Below are positions 1-11,167 of a DNA stretch of 62,478 nt, piece by piece. Source of the DNA: a virus (Duplodnaviria > Heunggongvirae > Uroviricota > Caudoviricetes); the IMG/VR virus record IMGVR_UViG_2877263951_000003; one strand, written 5' to 3'. How positions within the stretch are numbered: the first letter of the stretch is position 1; each line of letters starts with the position of its first letter. Made by a program: the position numbers and the translations under genes. The notes beneath the pieces were generated by a model. That model searched no databases, was not told the origin of the DNA, and worked only from the letters and a program-made list of their open reading frames with translations.

Positions 1-1812
1 ATGCTCAGAAACATTTCATCCTGTTTATTTCCACATATCAGCACAATTACATCCCCCAACCATTATTTGTCCGAATGGGATGATTGGGAGAAACAGGGGT
101 TACCGGAAGAACAGCGTACTGAGGCGGTAAGAAGACTTCGTGCATGTCTTACCTCTAAGGGGCATAAACTGGACCTGCGAGCCTTGGCGCTTTCCTCGCT
201 ACCTGTACTCCCTGCTTGCATTAAAAAGCTTGATGTGAGCTGTAATAAATTAACCATCCTTACTGATTTACCTGAAAATATTAAAGAACTTATTGCAAGA
301 GATAATTTCTTAACACATATATCTGCATTACCACATTATCTAATAACTTTGGATGTGTCCGAAAATCAATTAGAGAATCTGCCGTTATTACCAGACACCA
401 TCAAATCACTAAGCGCAGAGTATAATAGGTTATCCACACTGCCTTCATTACCCTTGAATTTAAAAAAACTTGAGGTTAGGAACAACGAACTGCAAACTCT
501 TCCATCTCTGCCTTCTAATCTTAAGATACTTAAGGTTGCGCACAACCATCTTACTGAACTGCCCCCTTTACCTAGGAGACTGCAACTTCTTTTTGCATAT
601 AGCAATAGATTAAGCAACTTACCAAACATCCAAGAAAATATTATCATGAGAAGATTTTTTTATTTTGAAAACAACCAAATAACTACAATCCCGACAAATC
701 TTTTTCGTTTAGATCCTCATATAACTATTGAGATTGCAAATAACCCCTTATCAGATCAAACTCTGCTATTCTTAATACAGCAAACTTCGGTTCCAAATTT
801 TAACGGGCCTCAGTTTCGTATTTCCCTGTCAGACCAAAACAGACTGTTTTTACGCCAGATGTTGCCGCAAAATTTACATTCGCGCCATATCAGAGTCATC
901 ACTGAAGGGGGGCAGAACTTTCAGATCCCCCCTCTTCCCGAAACTGTGGCAGCCTGGTTTCCTGAAGCAGATCGTCGGGAGGTTTCTACACAATGGACTT
1001 CTTTTTCCACCGAGGAGAATTCCCGGGCATTCTCCGCGTTCCTTGACCGCCTTTCCGATACCGTCTCTGCACGCAATACCTCCGGATTCCGTGAACAGGT
1101 CGCTGCATGGCTGGAAAAACTCAGTGCCTCTGCGGAGCTTCGACAGCAGTCTTTCGCTGTTGCTGCTGATGCCACTGAGAGCTGTGAGGACCGTGTCGCG
1201 CTCACATGGAACAATCTCCGGAAAACCCTCCTGGTCCATCAGGCATCTGAAGGCCTTTTCGATAATGATACCGGCGCTCTGCTCTCCCTGGGCAGGGAAA
1301 TGTTCCGCCTCGAAATTCTGGAGGACATTGCCCGGGATAAAGTCAGAACTCTCCATTTTGTGGATGAGATAGAAGTCTACCTGGCCTTCCAGACCATGCT
1401 CGCAGAGAAACTTCAGCTCTCCACTGCCGTGAAGGAAATGCGTTTCTATGGCGTGTCGGGAGTGACAGCAAATGACCTCCGCACTGCCGAAGCCATGGTC
1501 AGAAGCCGTGAAGAGAATGAATTTACGGACTGGTTCTCCCTCTGGGGACCATGGCATGCTGTACTGAAGCGTACGGAAGCTGACCGCTGGGCGCAGGCAG
1601 AAGAGCAGAAGTATGAGATGCTGGAGAATGAGTACCCTCAGAGGGTGGCTGACCGGCTGAAAGCATCCGGTCTGAGCGATGATGCGGATGCGGAGAGGGA
1701 AGCAGGAGCACAGGTGATGCGTGAGACTGAACAGCAGATTTACCGTCAGCTGACTGACGAGGTACTGGCCCTGCGATTGTCTGAAAACGGCTCACAACTG
1801 CACCATTCATAA
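1..1812 (+). CDS. ipaH: IpaH-family type III effector, LRR domain plus C-terminal NEL E3 ubiquitin ligase domain
   Basis: N-terminal half is leucine-rich repeats (LxxLPxLPxxL); C-terminal ~300 aa contains the CEDR catalytic Cys motif and ends ...ENGSQLHHS; C-terminal domain near-identical to the CDS at 59656..61419. The ORF begins at window position 1, so the true N-terminus may lie upstream of the window. Confidence 0.85.
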   Translation: MLRNISSCLFPHISTITSPNHYLSEWDDWEKQGLPEEQRTEAVRRLRACLTSKGHKLDLRALALSSLPVLPACIKKLDVSCNKLTILTDLPENIKELIARDNFLTHISALPHYLITLDVSENQLENLPLLPDTIKSLSAEYNRLSTLPSLPLNLKKLEVRNNELQTLPSLPSNLKILKVAHNHLTELPPLPRRLQLLFAYSNRLSNLPNIQENIIMRRFFYFENNQITTIPTNLFRLDPHITIEIANNPLSDQTLLFLIQQTSVPNFNGPQFRISLSDQNRLFLRQMLPQNLHSRHIRVITEGGQNFQIPPLPETVAAWFPEADRREVSTQWTSFSTEENSRAFSAFLDRLSDTVSARNTSGFREQVAAWLEKLSASAELRQQSFAVAADATESCEDRVALTWNNLRKTLLVHQASEGLFDNDTGALLSLGREMFRLEILEDIARDKVRTLHFVDEIEVYLAFQTMLAEKLQLSTAVKEMRFYGVSGVTANDLRTAEAMVRSREENEFTDWFSLWGPWHAVLKRTEADRWAQAEEQKYEMLENEYPQRVADRLKASGLSDDADAEREAGAQVMRETEQQIYRQLTDEVLALRLSENGSQLHHS

Positions 1813-1848
1813 TCACATCGCATAAACCACAGACCGGACTGACTCCGG

Positions 1849-1875
1849 AAAAACAGAGGCCCGCCCCCGGGCCTC
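1849..1875 (-). terminator. Rho-independent terminator downstream of left tfa, between convergent ipaH and tfa
   Basis: Hairpin GAGGCCCG-CCCC-CGGGCCTC at 1856..1875 with A-run 1849..1855 on the + strand (T-run for the minus-strand transcript); mirrored copy at 59593..59619. Confidence 0.5.
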
Positions 1876-1991
1876 CCCGGATTCATCCGTTTCCCTGTTC
1901 AGCCTGACAGCACGCCCCGGCGGCCGGATGACAGACTCCGCTTCGGTAAGCAAAGCGGTCTTCTGTGATTCCGCCAGTTGCGGCTTATTCA

Positions 1992-2555
1992 TTACTCAAC
2001 GTCAAACGCCCGAATTGAAGCCAAATCATCCAGACCGCTCAGCTCCTCTTTCATTTCACGCTGACGGCGATAAATCTCATCGTTGCGATCGACCTGCGCC
2101 TGCACCATTGCTGCCGCCAGTTCTTCCAGTTCCGGCATCGACAGTTTCACCTGCTGATTATCGGCATCACCCCACGTCATCACGTCCCGTACAATGTCGG
2201 ATTTCGCAGCCATTACCACCGGATAAAGGCGGCCCAGTGAGTTGGGGCCAGCATTCCAGATACGACCGTTCCATTCAAACGTGAACGGCTTCGCCTCCTG
2301 TTCTGTGCGCCATGCTTCAATTTCCTGACGTCTGGCCTCTCTGGCCGCTTCCAGCATTTCTGGTGTCACAGTGAATGGGGCTATCTCACCCCATTTGCCA
2401 CTTTGCAGTTCCTGCCAGATTCGCTGACCCGTCGGTGCGACATCATCAGCGGTGGCTGTGTAGGGGACTGCCTGGTCCCTGTCGTCAAAAAAAACGTCAC
2501 AGTCTACTGCGCCACTTTCGGTATAACGGGGATTAATGATTTTTTTAATTTCCAC
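1992..2555 (-). CDS. Phage tail fiber assembly protein (Tfa-like)
   Basis: Translation [38 protein letters not shown]... nearly identical to the Tfa at 58913..59476; GTG start preceded by GAGGA. The supplied ORF 1992..2636 runs on into IS600-derived codons; IS600 is inserted 55 bp upstream at 2611. Confidence 0.7.
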   Translation of the reverse strand: MEIKKIINPRYTESGAVDCDVFFDDRDQAVPYTATADDVAPTGQRIWQELQSGKWGEIAPFTVTPEMLEAAREARRQEIEAWRTEQEAKPFTFEWNGRIWNAGPNSLGRLYPVVMAAKSDIVRDVMTWGDADNQQVKLSMPELEELAAAMVQAQVDRNDEIYRRQREMKEELSGLDDLASIRAFDVE

Positions 2556-2674
2556 GGTGCATTCCTCACGATGTGCGAATAAAAAGCCCGGGCATTGCGC
2601 CAGAGACATGTGAGGTAGCCTGAGTTTAACGGACACTCCTTCCTGAAATAGAATGGCATCAGAAGGAGCTAATA

Positions 2675-2977
2675 ATGAGCAGAAAAACCCAACGTTACTC
2701 TAAATAGTTCAAAGCCGAAGCTGTCAGAACGGTTCTTGAAAATCAACTTTCGATCAGTGAAGGCGCTTCCCGATTATCTCTTCCTGAAGGCACTTTAGGA
2801 CAATGGGTTACCGCCGCCAGAAAAGGGCTCGGTACTCCTGGTTCCCGCACGGTGGCTGAACTGGAATCTGAAATTCTGCAACTGCGTAAGGCGTTAAATG
2901 AAGCTCGCCTTGAGCTCGATATATTAAAAAAAGCAACAGCGTATTTTGCACAGGAGTCGCTGAAAAATACGCGTTAA
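2675..2977 (+). pseudogene. IS600 orfA with in-frame amber codon at 2705..2707
   Basis: Reads MSRKTQRYSK then TAG where the other copies have GAG (KEFKAEAV...); the rest of the frame is intact. Confidence 0.8.
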
Positions 2978-3012
2978 TCGAACAATGGCGACAACAATTT
3001 CCCATTGAAGCG

Positions 3013-3831
3013 ATGTGTCAGGTATTTGGTGTATCCAGGAGCGGTTATTACAACTGGGTACAGCATGAACCCTCAGACAGAAAACAAAGTGATGAGCGGC
3101 TAAAACTGGAGATTAAGGTGGCACATATCCGCACTCGCGAAACATATGGAACCCGGCGGCTCCAGACGGAGCTGGCAGAGAATGGCATCATCGTTGGTCG
3201 TGACCGACTGGCACGTCTTCGTAAGGAGCTGAGGCTACGCTGTAAGCAGAAACGCAAGTTCAGAGCGACTACGAACCCGAACCACAATCTGCCAGTTGCG
3301 CCAAATCTGCTGAACCAGACGTTCGCTCCTACAGCACCAAATCAGGTCTGGGTGGCGGACCTGACGTATGTTGCCACACAGGAGGGATGGTTGTACCTCG
3401 CTGGCATCAAAGATGTTTATACGTGCGAAATTGTCGGCTACGCCATGGGAGAGCGCATGACAAAAGAGCTGACAGGTAAAGCCCTGTTTATGGCGCTCAG
3501 GAGCCAGCGCCCACCTGCCGGGCTAATCCACCACTCTGATCGAGGTTCACAGTACTGCGCATACGATTACCGGGTCATACAGGAGCAGTCTGGTCTGAAA
3601 ACATCAATGTCGCGTAAAGGTAACTGTTACGACAACGCTCCGATGGAAAGCTTCTGGGGAACGCTGAAAAATGAGAGCCTGAGCCACTATCGTTTTAATA
3701 ACCGGGATGAAGCCATCTCAGTAATACGGGAATACATTGAGATTTTCTACAATCGTCAGCGTCGTCACTCTCGTCTGGGGAATATCTCCCCGGCAGCCTT
3801 CAGGGAAAAATATCATCAGATGGCTGCTTAA
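3013..3831 (+). CDS. IS600 orfB transposase (DDE catalytic domain), 272 aa
   Basis: IS3-family signature WVADLTYVATQEGWLYLAGIKD ... HSDRGSQY ... CYDNAPMESFW; identical to the copies at 31063..31881 and 36752..37570. Confidence 0.9.
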   Translation: MCQVFGVSRSGYYNWVQHEPSDRKQSDERLKLEIKVAHIRTRETYGTRRLQTELAENGIIVGRDRLARLRKELRLRCKQKRKFRATTNPNHNLPVAPNLLNQTFAPTAPNQVWVADLTYVATQEGWLYLAGIKDVYTCEIVGYAMGERMTKELTGKALFMALRSQRPPAGLIHHSDRGSQYCAYDYRVIQEQSGLKTSMSRKGNCYDNAPMESFWGTLKNESLSHYRFNNRDEAISVIREYIEIFYNRQRRHSRLGNISPAAFREKYHQMAA

Positions 3832-3874
3832 AAAAAGAACAAATGGTAGTGTCCGCTATTGCCAGTACACCTCA

Positions 3875-4046
3875 TATTGGCTACGTAATTAAAACAGAAA
3901 ATAAAGAAACCCCATTCACTGTAGTTGATATCGACGGTCTATCAGGAAACTTTAAAACTCTTGTTGAAGGTGCCACAAAAATGTGCCTAGTTTACATCGG
4001 AAATAATCTGCCCGCAGAAAAAAAGCCGAATTTCTGGCAAATCTGA
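3875..4046 (+). pseudogene. C-terminal fragment of an unknown gene truncated by IS600 copy A
   Basis: Open frame runs straight out of the IS end (..IGYVIKTENKETPFTVVDIDGLSGNFKTLVEGATKMCLVYIGNNLPAEKKPNFWQI*); no start codon of its own outside the IS. Confidence 0.25.
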
Positions 4047-4088
4047 TTGCAATGAAATTAAAAGGTGAAATCTGAAAAAAAGAAAGCC

Positions 4089-4107
4089 TGCACAGTGTGC
4101 AGGCCTG
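4089..4107. terminator. Perfect 9-bp palindrome GCCTGCACA-G-TGTGCAGGC, terminator-like
   Basis: Stem-loop flanked by an A-run upstream on the + strand (T-run on the minus strand). Confidence 0.3.
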
Positions 4108-4174
4108 AGTGAAGAACCTGGGACATTTATTCATCACTCGCAGTAATTTTAATCTGAGTTGAGGTTAAAAAACA

Positions 4175-4800
4175 ATGAGCACAAAACCACTCTTCCTGTT
4201 ACGGAAAGCGAAAAAATCATCCGGTGAACCTGACGTCGTCCTGTGGGCAAGCGACGATTTTGAATCGACCAGCACCACTCTGGACTATCTGCTCGTTAAG
4301 TCAGGTAAAAAACTGAGCAACTATTTTAAAGCTGTTGCCACAAATTTTCCTGTCGTTAATGACCTTCCCCCTGAAGGTGAGATCGATTTTACCTGGAGTG
4401 AACGCTATCAACTCAGCAAAGACTCCATGACATGGGAACTAAAACCGGGAGCAGCGCCAGACGACGTTCACCACCAGGATAATGCTCAAGAAACCAAAGA
4501 ACTGGCGGGAGGCCAGGAAGAAAACGCGCAGGCAGACGCCCACGAGGATTGCCAGGATTGCGAAGTCTCTGTAGCCACTTTGCGGTTCACACAGCGTCTT
4601 CTGCACATTTTTACGTATGCTGCCGGGGATCGGAAATACCTGCATCATGCCACCCGTGAACAACGCAAACACATTACTGCTCTTGAGATGGATCAGGAAA
4701 ACAGCTATGTCCAGAATCTGCTGTTGGCCATACGCGGCATGGCAGAACCGACAACTCTGGATAATGCCGCCCTGCTCCGCCTGACTGATGCAATTAAGGC
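4175..4800 (+). CDS. Hypothetical protein, C-terminus replaced by IS600 copy B
   Basis: 208 codons after a plausible RBS (GAGGTTAAAAAACAATG); acidic central region; the last six codons and the stop come from the IS end at 4801. No family recognised. Confidence 0.4.
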
Positions 4801-5637
4801 TGAGGTGTACTGGCAATAGCGGACACTACCATTTGTTCTTTTTTTAAGCAGCTATCTGATGATATTTTTCCCTGAAGGCTGCCGGGGAGATATTCCCCAG
4901 ACGAGAGTGACGACGCTGACGATTGTAGAAAATCTCAATGTATTCCCGTATTACTGAGATGGCTTCATCCCGGTTATTAAAACGATAGTGGCTCAGGCTC
5001 TCATTTTTCAGCGTTCCCCAGAAGCTTTCCATCGGAGCGTTGTCGTAACAGTTACCTTTACGCGACATTGATGTTTTCAGACCAGACTGCTCCTGTATGA
5101 CCCGGTAATCGTATGCGCAGTACTGTGAACCTCGATCAGAGTGGTGGATTAGCCCGGCAGGTGGGCGCTGGCTCCTGAGCGCCATAAACAGGGCTTTACC
5201 TGTCAGCTCTTTTGTCATGCGCTCTCCCATGGCGTAGCCGACAATTTCGCACGTATAAACATCTTTGATGCCAGCAACATACGTCAGGTCCGCCACCCAG
5301 ACCTGATTTGGTGCTGTAGGAGCGAACGTCTGGTTCAGCAGATTTGGCGCAACTGGCAGATTGTGGTTCGGGTTCGTAGTCGCTCTGAACTTGCGTTTCT
5401 GCTTACAGCGTAGCCTCAGCTCCTTACGAAGACGTGCCAGTCGGTCACGACCAACGATGATGCCATTCTCTGCCAGCTCCGTCTGGAGCCGCCGGGTTCC
5501 ATATGTTTCGCGAGTGCGGATATGTGCCACCTTAATCTCCAGTTTTAGCCGCTCATCACTTTGTTTGAAGTGGCACACTGAATTTGGCCACCTGAACAGA
5601 GGTGATATGCTCACCTCAGAACAACACAGGTGCTCCA

Positions 5638-6806
<1,169 letters not shown>

Positions 6807-6922
6807 CCACTTCAGTTTTCTGTCTGAGGGTTCATGCTGTACCCAGTTGTAATAACCGCTCCTGGATACACCAAATACCTGACACATCGCTTCAATGGGA
6901 AATTGTTGTCGCCATTGTTCGA

Positions 6923-7225
6923 TTAACGCGTATTTTTCAGCGACTCCTGTGCAAAATACGCTGTTGCTTTTTTTAATATATCTCGCTCAAGGCGAGCTTC
7001 ATTTAACGCCTTACGCAGTTGCAGAATTTCAGATTCCAGTTCAGCCACCGTGCGGGAACCAGGAGTACCGAGCCCTTTTCTGGCGGCGGTAACCCATTGT
7101 CCTAAAGTGCCTTCAGGAAGGGATAATCGGGAAGCGCCTTCACTGATCGAAAGTTGATTTTCAAGAACCGTTCTGACAGCTTCGGCTTTGAACTCTTTAG
7201 AGTAACGTTGGGTTTTTCTGCTCAT
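6923..7225 (-). CDS. IS600 OrfA (copy B), 100 aa
   Basis: MSRKTQRYSKEFKAEAVRTVLENQLSISEGASRLSLPEGTLGQWV... intact. Confidence 0.85.
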   Translation of the reverse strand: MSRKTQRYSKEFKAEAVRTVLENQLSISEGASRLSLPEGTLGQWVTAARKGLGTPGSRTVAELESEILQLRKALNEARLERDILKKATAYFAQESLKNTR

Positions 7226-7440
7226 TATTAGCTCCTTCTGATGCCATTCTATTTCAGGAAGGAGTGTCCGTTAAACTCAGGCTACCTCAATATGCTTTCC
7301 TTCCAGGTAAACCTCGTGAACAATGTTATCAGTAGTTGCAACAGTGGCTTCATAATTGGTGTTCATGTTTTTCTCCTTAATTAAGGTTGAGCGAATCCCT
7401 GCCATTGCTGGCATAAATTCAGTTTCGAATAGTCAGTTAA

Positions 7441-7722
7441 TTAAAGTTCGTGTGCCATCTGGTCTTTTTCGGCGCAGATTTCACTACAATATTTGCGTTT
7501 CTTTTTCCTCATCATGGTTCCGTGCATGTAAATAAGTTCAGCAGTGTAAGCCTTATCAGGGCTTACTTGTCTGTCACACAGGCCATAAGCACAGGGAATT
7601 AAATCGGGATCACCTTTCTGCTGGAGGTTTTTTTTGATTATCCATAACAAATTTTTGATTCCGGTGTGTGTTATGGTCTGCTGAGGTGCAGAGGTAAAAC
7701 AATAATCAAGCATAGGGTTCAT
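7441..7722 (-). CDS. Hypothetical small Cys-rich protein (93 aa)
   Basis: ORF only; lies directly downstream of rha on the same strand. No family recognised. Confidence 0.3.
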   Translation of the reverse strand: MNPMLDYCFTSAPQQTITHTGIKNLLWIIKKNLQQKGDPDLIPCAYGLCDRQVSPDKAYTAELIYMHGTMMRKKKRKYCSEICAEKDQMAHEL

Positions 7723-7738
7723 ATCCGTAGCTCCATTT

Positions 7739-8293
7739 TTATTTTAAAGAAAGTAATTGTTCCACAGTCATATTTTTAATTGCGCCCCGGTTAACAAGAG
7801 TCCATCCCTGTTTTTCCAGATAAAACCGGAAAGTCTCCAGGGTACAGACCAGTGCGCCATCAGGAACGGTTTCGGTGAATTCGACATTGCCGAATTTGTC
7901 GAAGTGAACAACCAGAGTGCGACCATCACCCGGAATCATCTTGTCAGCAGGTGGGGTGTTATTCTGGCGCAGTTCGGCCTCCATGCGGTCGAACTCAGCA
8001 ATGTAGGCTTCCTTGAATGCGGCGGCTTTTTTGCCAGTGAAGCCCATCACCAGGAAAACGAAGCCGTTTTTGGTGATTTGGTACATTGGGCGTTTTTCGC
8101 CTTTGGCGTCGGTATAGGTGACGGGCTTAAAATTAAGCCGGTTAAACTCCGGCGAGCATTCGAGAGTTTCGATCTTCTGAATAACGTTTTTGTGCATTTT
8201 CCGGAAGAACTCCGCAACCGCAACAGACGTAGTGACAGCGCGACCATTTTCGATGGTTGCGTCAGGGTGAGAAAGGGTAAGGATAGTAGCCAT
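7739..8293 (-). CDS. Phage regulatory protein, Rha family (antirepressor-like)
   Basis: MATILTLSHPDATIENGRAVTTSVAVAEFFRKMHKNVIQKI ... ITKNGFVFLVMGFTGKKAAAFKEAYIAEFDRME. The supplied 318-aa ORF 7739..8695 runs on upstream through a terminator and a structured element; the start is taken at the ATG at 8291..8293. Confidence 0.7.
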   Translation of the reverse strand: MATILTLSHPDATIENGRAVTTSVAVAEFFRKMHKNVIQKIETLECSPEFNRLNFKPVTYTDAKGEKRPMYQITKNGFVFLVMGFTGKKAAAFKEAYIAEFDRMEAELRQNNTPPADKMIPGDGRTLVVHFDKFGNVEFTETVPDGALVCTLETFRFYLEKQGWTLVNRGAIKNMTVEQLLSLK

Positions 8294-8350
8294 GATGGCA
8301 GCCTCGATAGTCAGTTTAAATGACTCACCACCAGAGGTAGCAATCTCATG

Positions 8351-8429
8351 GGTGGTGAGACGCACAGGGTTGCTACAACCGGTGACTACCGAAACCGGCC
8401 AGCCTTGCGGCTGCCCTGCACGCCCCACC
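8351..8429 (-). ncRNA. Candidate structured RNA element upstream of rha (paralog of 22900..22978)
   Basis: 16-bp closing stem GGUGGGGCGUGCAGGG / CCCUGUGCGUCUCACC (4 G-U pairs) enclosing a GCAA-loop hairpin (CAGCC/GGCTG) and a CCGG-12nt-CCGG hairpin; same architecture with compensatory changes in the second copy. Confidence 0.4.
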
Positions 8430-8457
8430 ATAATCTGAATGTGGCTGTGCTTGACGC

Positions 8458-8484
8458 ATAAAAAAACCGCCTGAGCGCGGTTAT
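8458..8484 (-). terminator. Rho-independent terminator immediately upstream of the structured element
   Basis: Minus-strand AACCGC-GCTCAG-GCGGTT followed by TTTTTTT; conserved at 22846..22868. Confidence 0.55.
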
Positions 8485-9134
8485 GCGCAGTAGTCATCGT
8501 CGGGGTAGCAATCCCGGCACCCGTTTTATGAGGTGCAGGTGCACTATAATTCCACCCGTTCTGGTTTTCAATAGCTACATTCAACATTTTCTCTTTCCTT
8601 TCATCACCGAAGTGAACTTTGTTGATGCGGTGCCTGGTGCCTCCAGGTGACGTTAACCAGTTAACAATTACAGTTGGCTTTCCCACCCAAACCAATAAGG
8701 ACTAACATGACTTTTAACTGTGCCGCGTGCGCATAGCCGCATTCACCGCATCACAAAATTCACTTTAAAAAGGGCGGACATCAGCCAGCAATTAAACCGA
8801 TGCCGCCAACTGGTACTTCACACAGCAATGTCGTTATTTACAACCGGAAGCGCACTCCCACCATTTAAATTTCACAGACAAGACCGACTCTTTATGGATA
8901 CCGGAAATGCGCCTTCGTGTTGTGCCCGGTTTTATTTCACCACTTCCGGGCTTTGGTGGTATCTTTACTGAAGTTCTCACACAACCAGTAAGGAAATGAA
9001 TATGCCAACGTATCTCGCCAGAGTAGAACTATATAATGCTGAGTAGACTGGCCCCCTGAATCTCCAGACAACCAGTATCACTTATTTAAGTGATAGTCTT
9101 AATACTAGTTTTTAGACTAGTCATTGGAGAACAG

Positions 9135-9500
9135 ATGATTGATGTCTTAGGGCCGGAGAAACGCAGACGGCGTACCACACAGGAAAAGATCGCAATTGTT
9201 CAGCAGAGCTTTGAACCGGGGATGACGGTCTCCCTCGTTGCCCGGCAACATGGTGTAGCAGCCAGCCAGTTATTTCTCTGGCGTAAGCAATACCAGGAAG
9301 GAAGTCTTACTGCTGTGGCCGCCGGAGAACAGGTTGTTCCTGCCTCTGAACTTGCTGCCGCCATGAAGCAGATTAAAGAACTCCAGCGCCTGCTCGGCAA
9401 GAAAACGATGGAAAATGAACTCCTCAAAGAAGCCGTTGAATATGGACGGGCAAAAAAGTGGATAGCGCACGCGCCCTTATTGCCCGGGGATGGGGAGTAA
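9135..9500 (+). CDS. insC: IS2 OrfA (InsC-like)
   Basis: [56 protein letters not shown]... Confidence 0.85.
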
Positions 9501-10363
9501 GCTTAGTCAGCCGTTGTCTCCGGGTGTCGCGTGCGCAGTTGCACGTCATTCTCAGACGAACCGATGACTGGATGGATGGCCGCCGCAGTCGTCACACTGA
9601 TGATACGGATGTGCTTCTCCGTATACACCATGTTATCGGAGAGCTGCCCACGTATGGTTATCGTCGGGTATGGGCGCTGCTTCGCAGACAGGCAGAACTT
9701 GATGGTATGCCTGCGATCAATGCCAAACGTGTTTACCGGCTCATGCGCCAGAATGCGCTGTTGCTTGAGCGAAAACCTGCTGTACCGCCATCGAAACGGG
9801 CACATACAGGCAGAGTGGCCGTGAAAGAAAGCAATCAGCGATGGTGCTCTGACGGGTTCGAGTTCTGCTGTGATAACGGAGAGAGACTGCGTGTCACGTT
9901 CGCGCTGGACTGCTGTGATCGTGAGGCACTGCACTGGGCGGTGACTACCGGCGGCTTCAACAGTGAAACAGTACAGGACGTCATGCTGGGAGCGGTGGAA
10001 CGCCGCTTCGGCAACGATCTTCCGTCGTCTCCAGTGGAGTGGCTGACGGATAATGGTTCATGCTACCGGGCTAATGAAACACGCCAGTTCGCCCGGATGT
10101 TGGGACTTGAACCGAAGAACACGGCGGTGCGGAGTCCGGAGAGTAACGGAATAGCATAGAGCTTCGTGAAAACGATAAAGCGTGACTACATCAGTATCAT
10201 GCCCAAACCAGACGGGTTAACGGCAGCAAAGAACCTTGCAGAGGCGTTCGAGCATTATAACGAATGGCATCCGCATAGTGCGCTGGGTTATCGCTCGCCA
10301 CGGGAATATCTGCGGCAGCGGGCTTGTAATGGGTTAAGTGATAACAGATGTCTGGAAATATAG
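9458..10363 (+). pseudogene. insD: IS2 orfB (InsD-like) with in-frame amber codon at 10157..10159
   Basis: Frame stops at ...[12 protein letters not shown] and continues [19 protein letters not shown]... to 10363; the canonical IS2 sequence I recall has GAG here. Confidence 0.75.
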
Positions 10364-10604
10364 GGGCAAATCCACTGAGCCAGAGGATTACGAAGGGCTT
10401 CATAAATATATGCTCTCACTAGGATTCAGGAGAACGATCCCCCATGGAGATGGTTCGTATAATCAACTCCCGGACGGAACTTATGTTTCCGAAAAGGGCG
10501 GTGATATTTATCAAATTCGCAGCCAGATATCTGACTATGCAGACCGACTATCCGGGTATCGCGCGTCTGTTTTTGTTTGCGAATTCAGTCAATGCGCATG
10601 GTAT

Positions 10605-10805
10605 TTATACCCCGCCAAGACCCGGTGAATATCCTGCACGGCCTTCTGCTTTGTAGAAGGCTTCTTCGCTATCATAATCGCCAGATTCCAGCGCTTCTTT
10701 AGCCAGCCAGATGCGTGCCCCAGTGCCTGCATTTGGCTCCAGTTGCTGGAGGCGTTTTGCATCTTCTAGGAGTAGAGCGATAACGTGTTTTAATTCTGTC
10801 TCGTT
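10605..10805 (-). CDS. Hypothetical small phage protein
   Basis: ORF MNETELKHVIALLLEDAKRLQQLEPNAGTGARIWLAKEALESGDYDSEE...; sits between IS2 and the repressor, as the small ydaG/ydaF-type genes do in Rac. Weak. Confidence 0.3.
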   Translation of the reverse strand, partial: NETELKHVIALLLEDAKRLQQLEPNAGTGARIWLAKEALESGDYDSEEAFYKAEGRAGYSPGLGGV

Positions 10806-10809
10806 CATT

Positions 10810-10965
10810 TTACTCACCTGAATGTCTTCCCAACCAACGACGTGCGCCAGCTTCGGTTTTAAACGTTTTGCTTTTGGTATACGTTATGGCGGTGAATGTG
10901 CCGTCCTGGTTGGGGAACACGCCGTACACCGGAGATTCGTTGTTGCCAAGATCGATAGTATTCAT
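10810..10965 (-). CDS. Hypothetical small phage protein (51 aa)
   Basis: MNTIDLGNNESPVYGVFPNQDGTFTAITYTKSKTFKTEAGARRWLGRHSGE; ORF only. Confidence 0.3.
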   Translation of the reverse strand: MNTIDLGNNESPVYGVFPNQDGTFTAITYTKSKTFKTEAGARRWLGRHSGE

Positions 10966-11167
10966 GTTGACCCCATTTCCCCTTAACGCCGGGGTAGCGG
11001 AACTGTTTGCTGAGAACACCGTGCGGTGTCTTGATGAATAAAATTTAGAATAACCTAAGGAGGGTGATCAAGATTTTTGTGTAGAAAAACCTAAGTTTTT
11101 TGATGTAAAAAACACAAGTGTTTGAAAGTTTGTGCTTTTTATTACAGGGTGTGGAGAAAAAAGGGGA

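Larger units (their letters stand above)
2611..3874 (+). mobile_element. IS600 copy A (IS3 family), 1264 bp, no target-site duplication
   Basis: Ends TGAGGTAGCCTGAGTTTAACGGACACTCC ... GGTAGTGTCCGCTATTGCCAGTACACCTCA; orfA/orfB organisation; flanking triplets ATG and TAT differ, so one flank was probably rearranged. Confidence 0.9.
9044..10374 (+). mobile_element. IS2, 1331 bp, with 5-bp target-site duplication CTGAG
   Basis: Ends TAGACTGGCCCCCTGAATCTCCAGACAACC ... CTGGAAATATAGGGGCAAATCCA; CTGAG at 9039..9043 and 10375..10379. Confidence 0.9.
9002..10628 (+). pseudogene. Small phage gene (about 97 aa) interrupted by IS2
   Basis: MPTYLARVELYNAE (9002..9043) continues in frame after the IS as PEDYEGLHKYMLSLGFRRTIPHGDG...AWYLYPAKTR; RBS AAGGAAAT upstream. 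Confidence 0.5.

Noticed and set aside
1992-2636. Supplied left tfa ORF extended to 2636
   Set aside because: The first nine codons (MSVKLRLPH) are the reverse complement of the IS600 terminal repeat; the real gene most likely starts at the GTG at 2553..2555, as in the right copy.
3048-3287. 79-aa ORFs antisense within IS600 orfB (also at 5361, 17471, 31607, 36787)
   Set aside because: Repeated only because the IS is repeated; they lie within the transposase gene on the opposite strand and have no start context.
7739-8695. 318-aa ORF on the minus strand, a possible large antirepressor
   Set aside because: Only the C-terminal 184 codons are Rha-like; the upstream part contains a terminator hairpin and a covarying stem-loop element and has no conserved start, so it is read-through of non-coding sequence.
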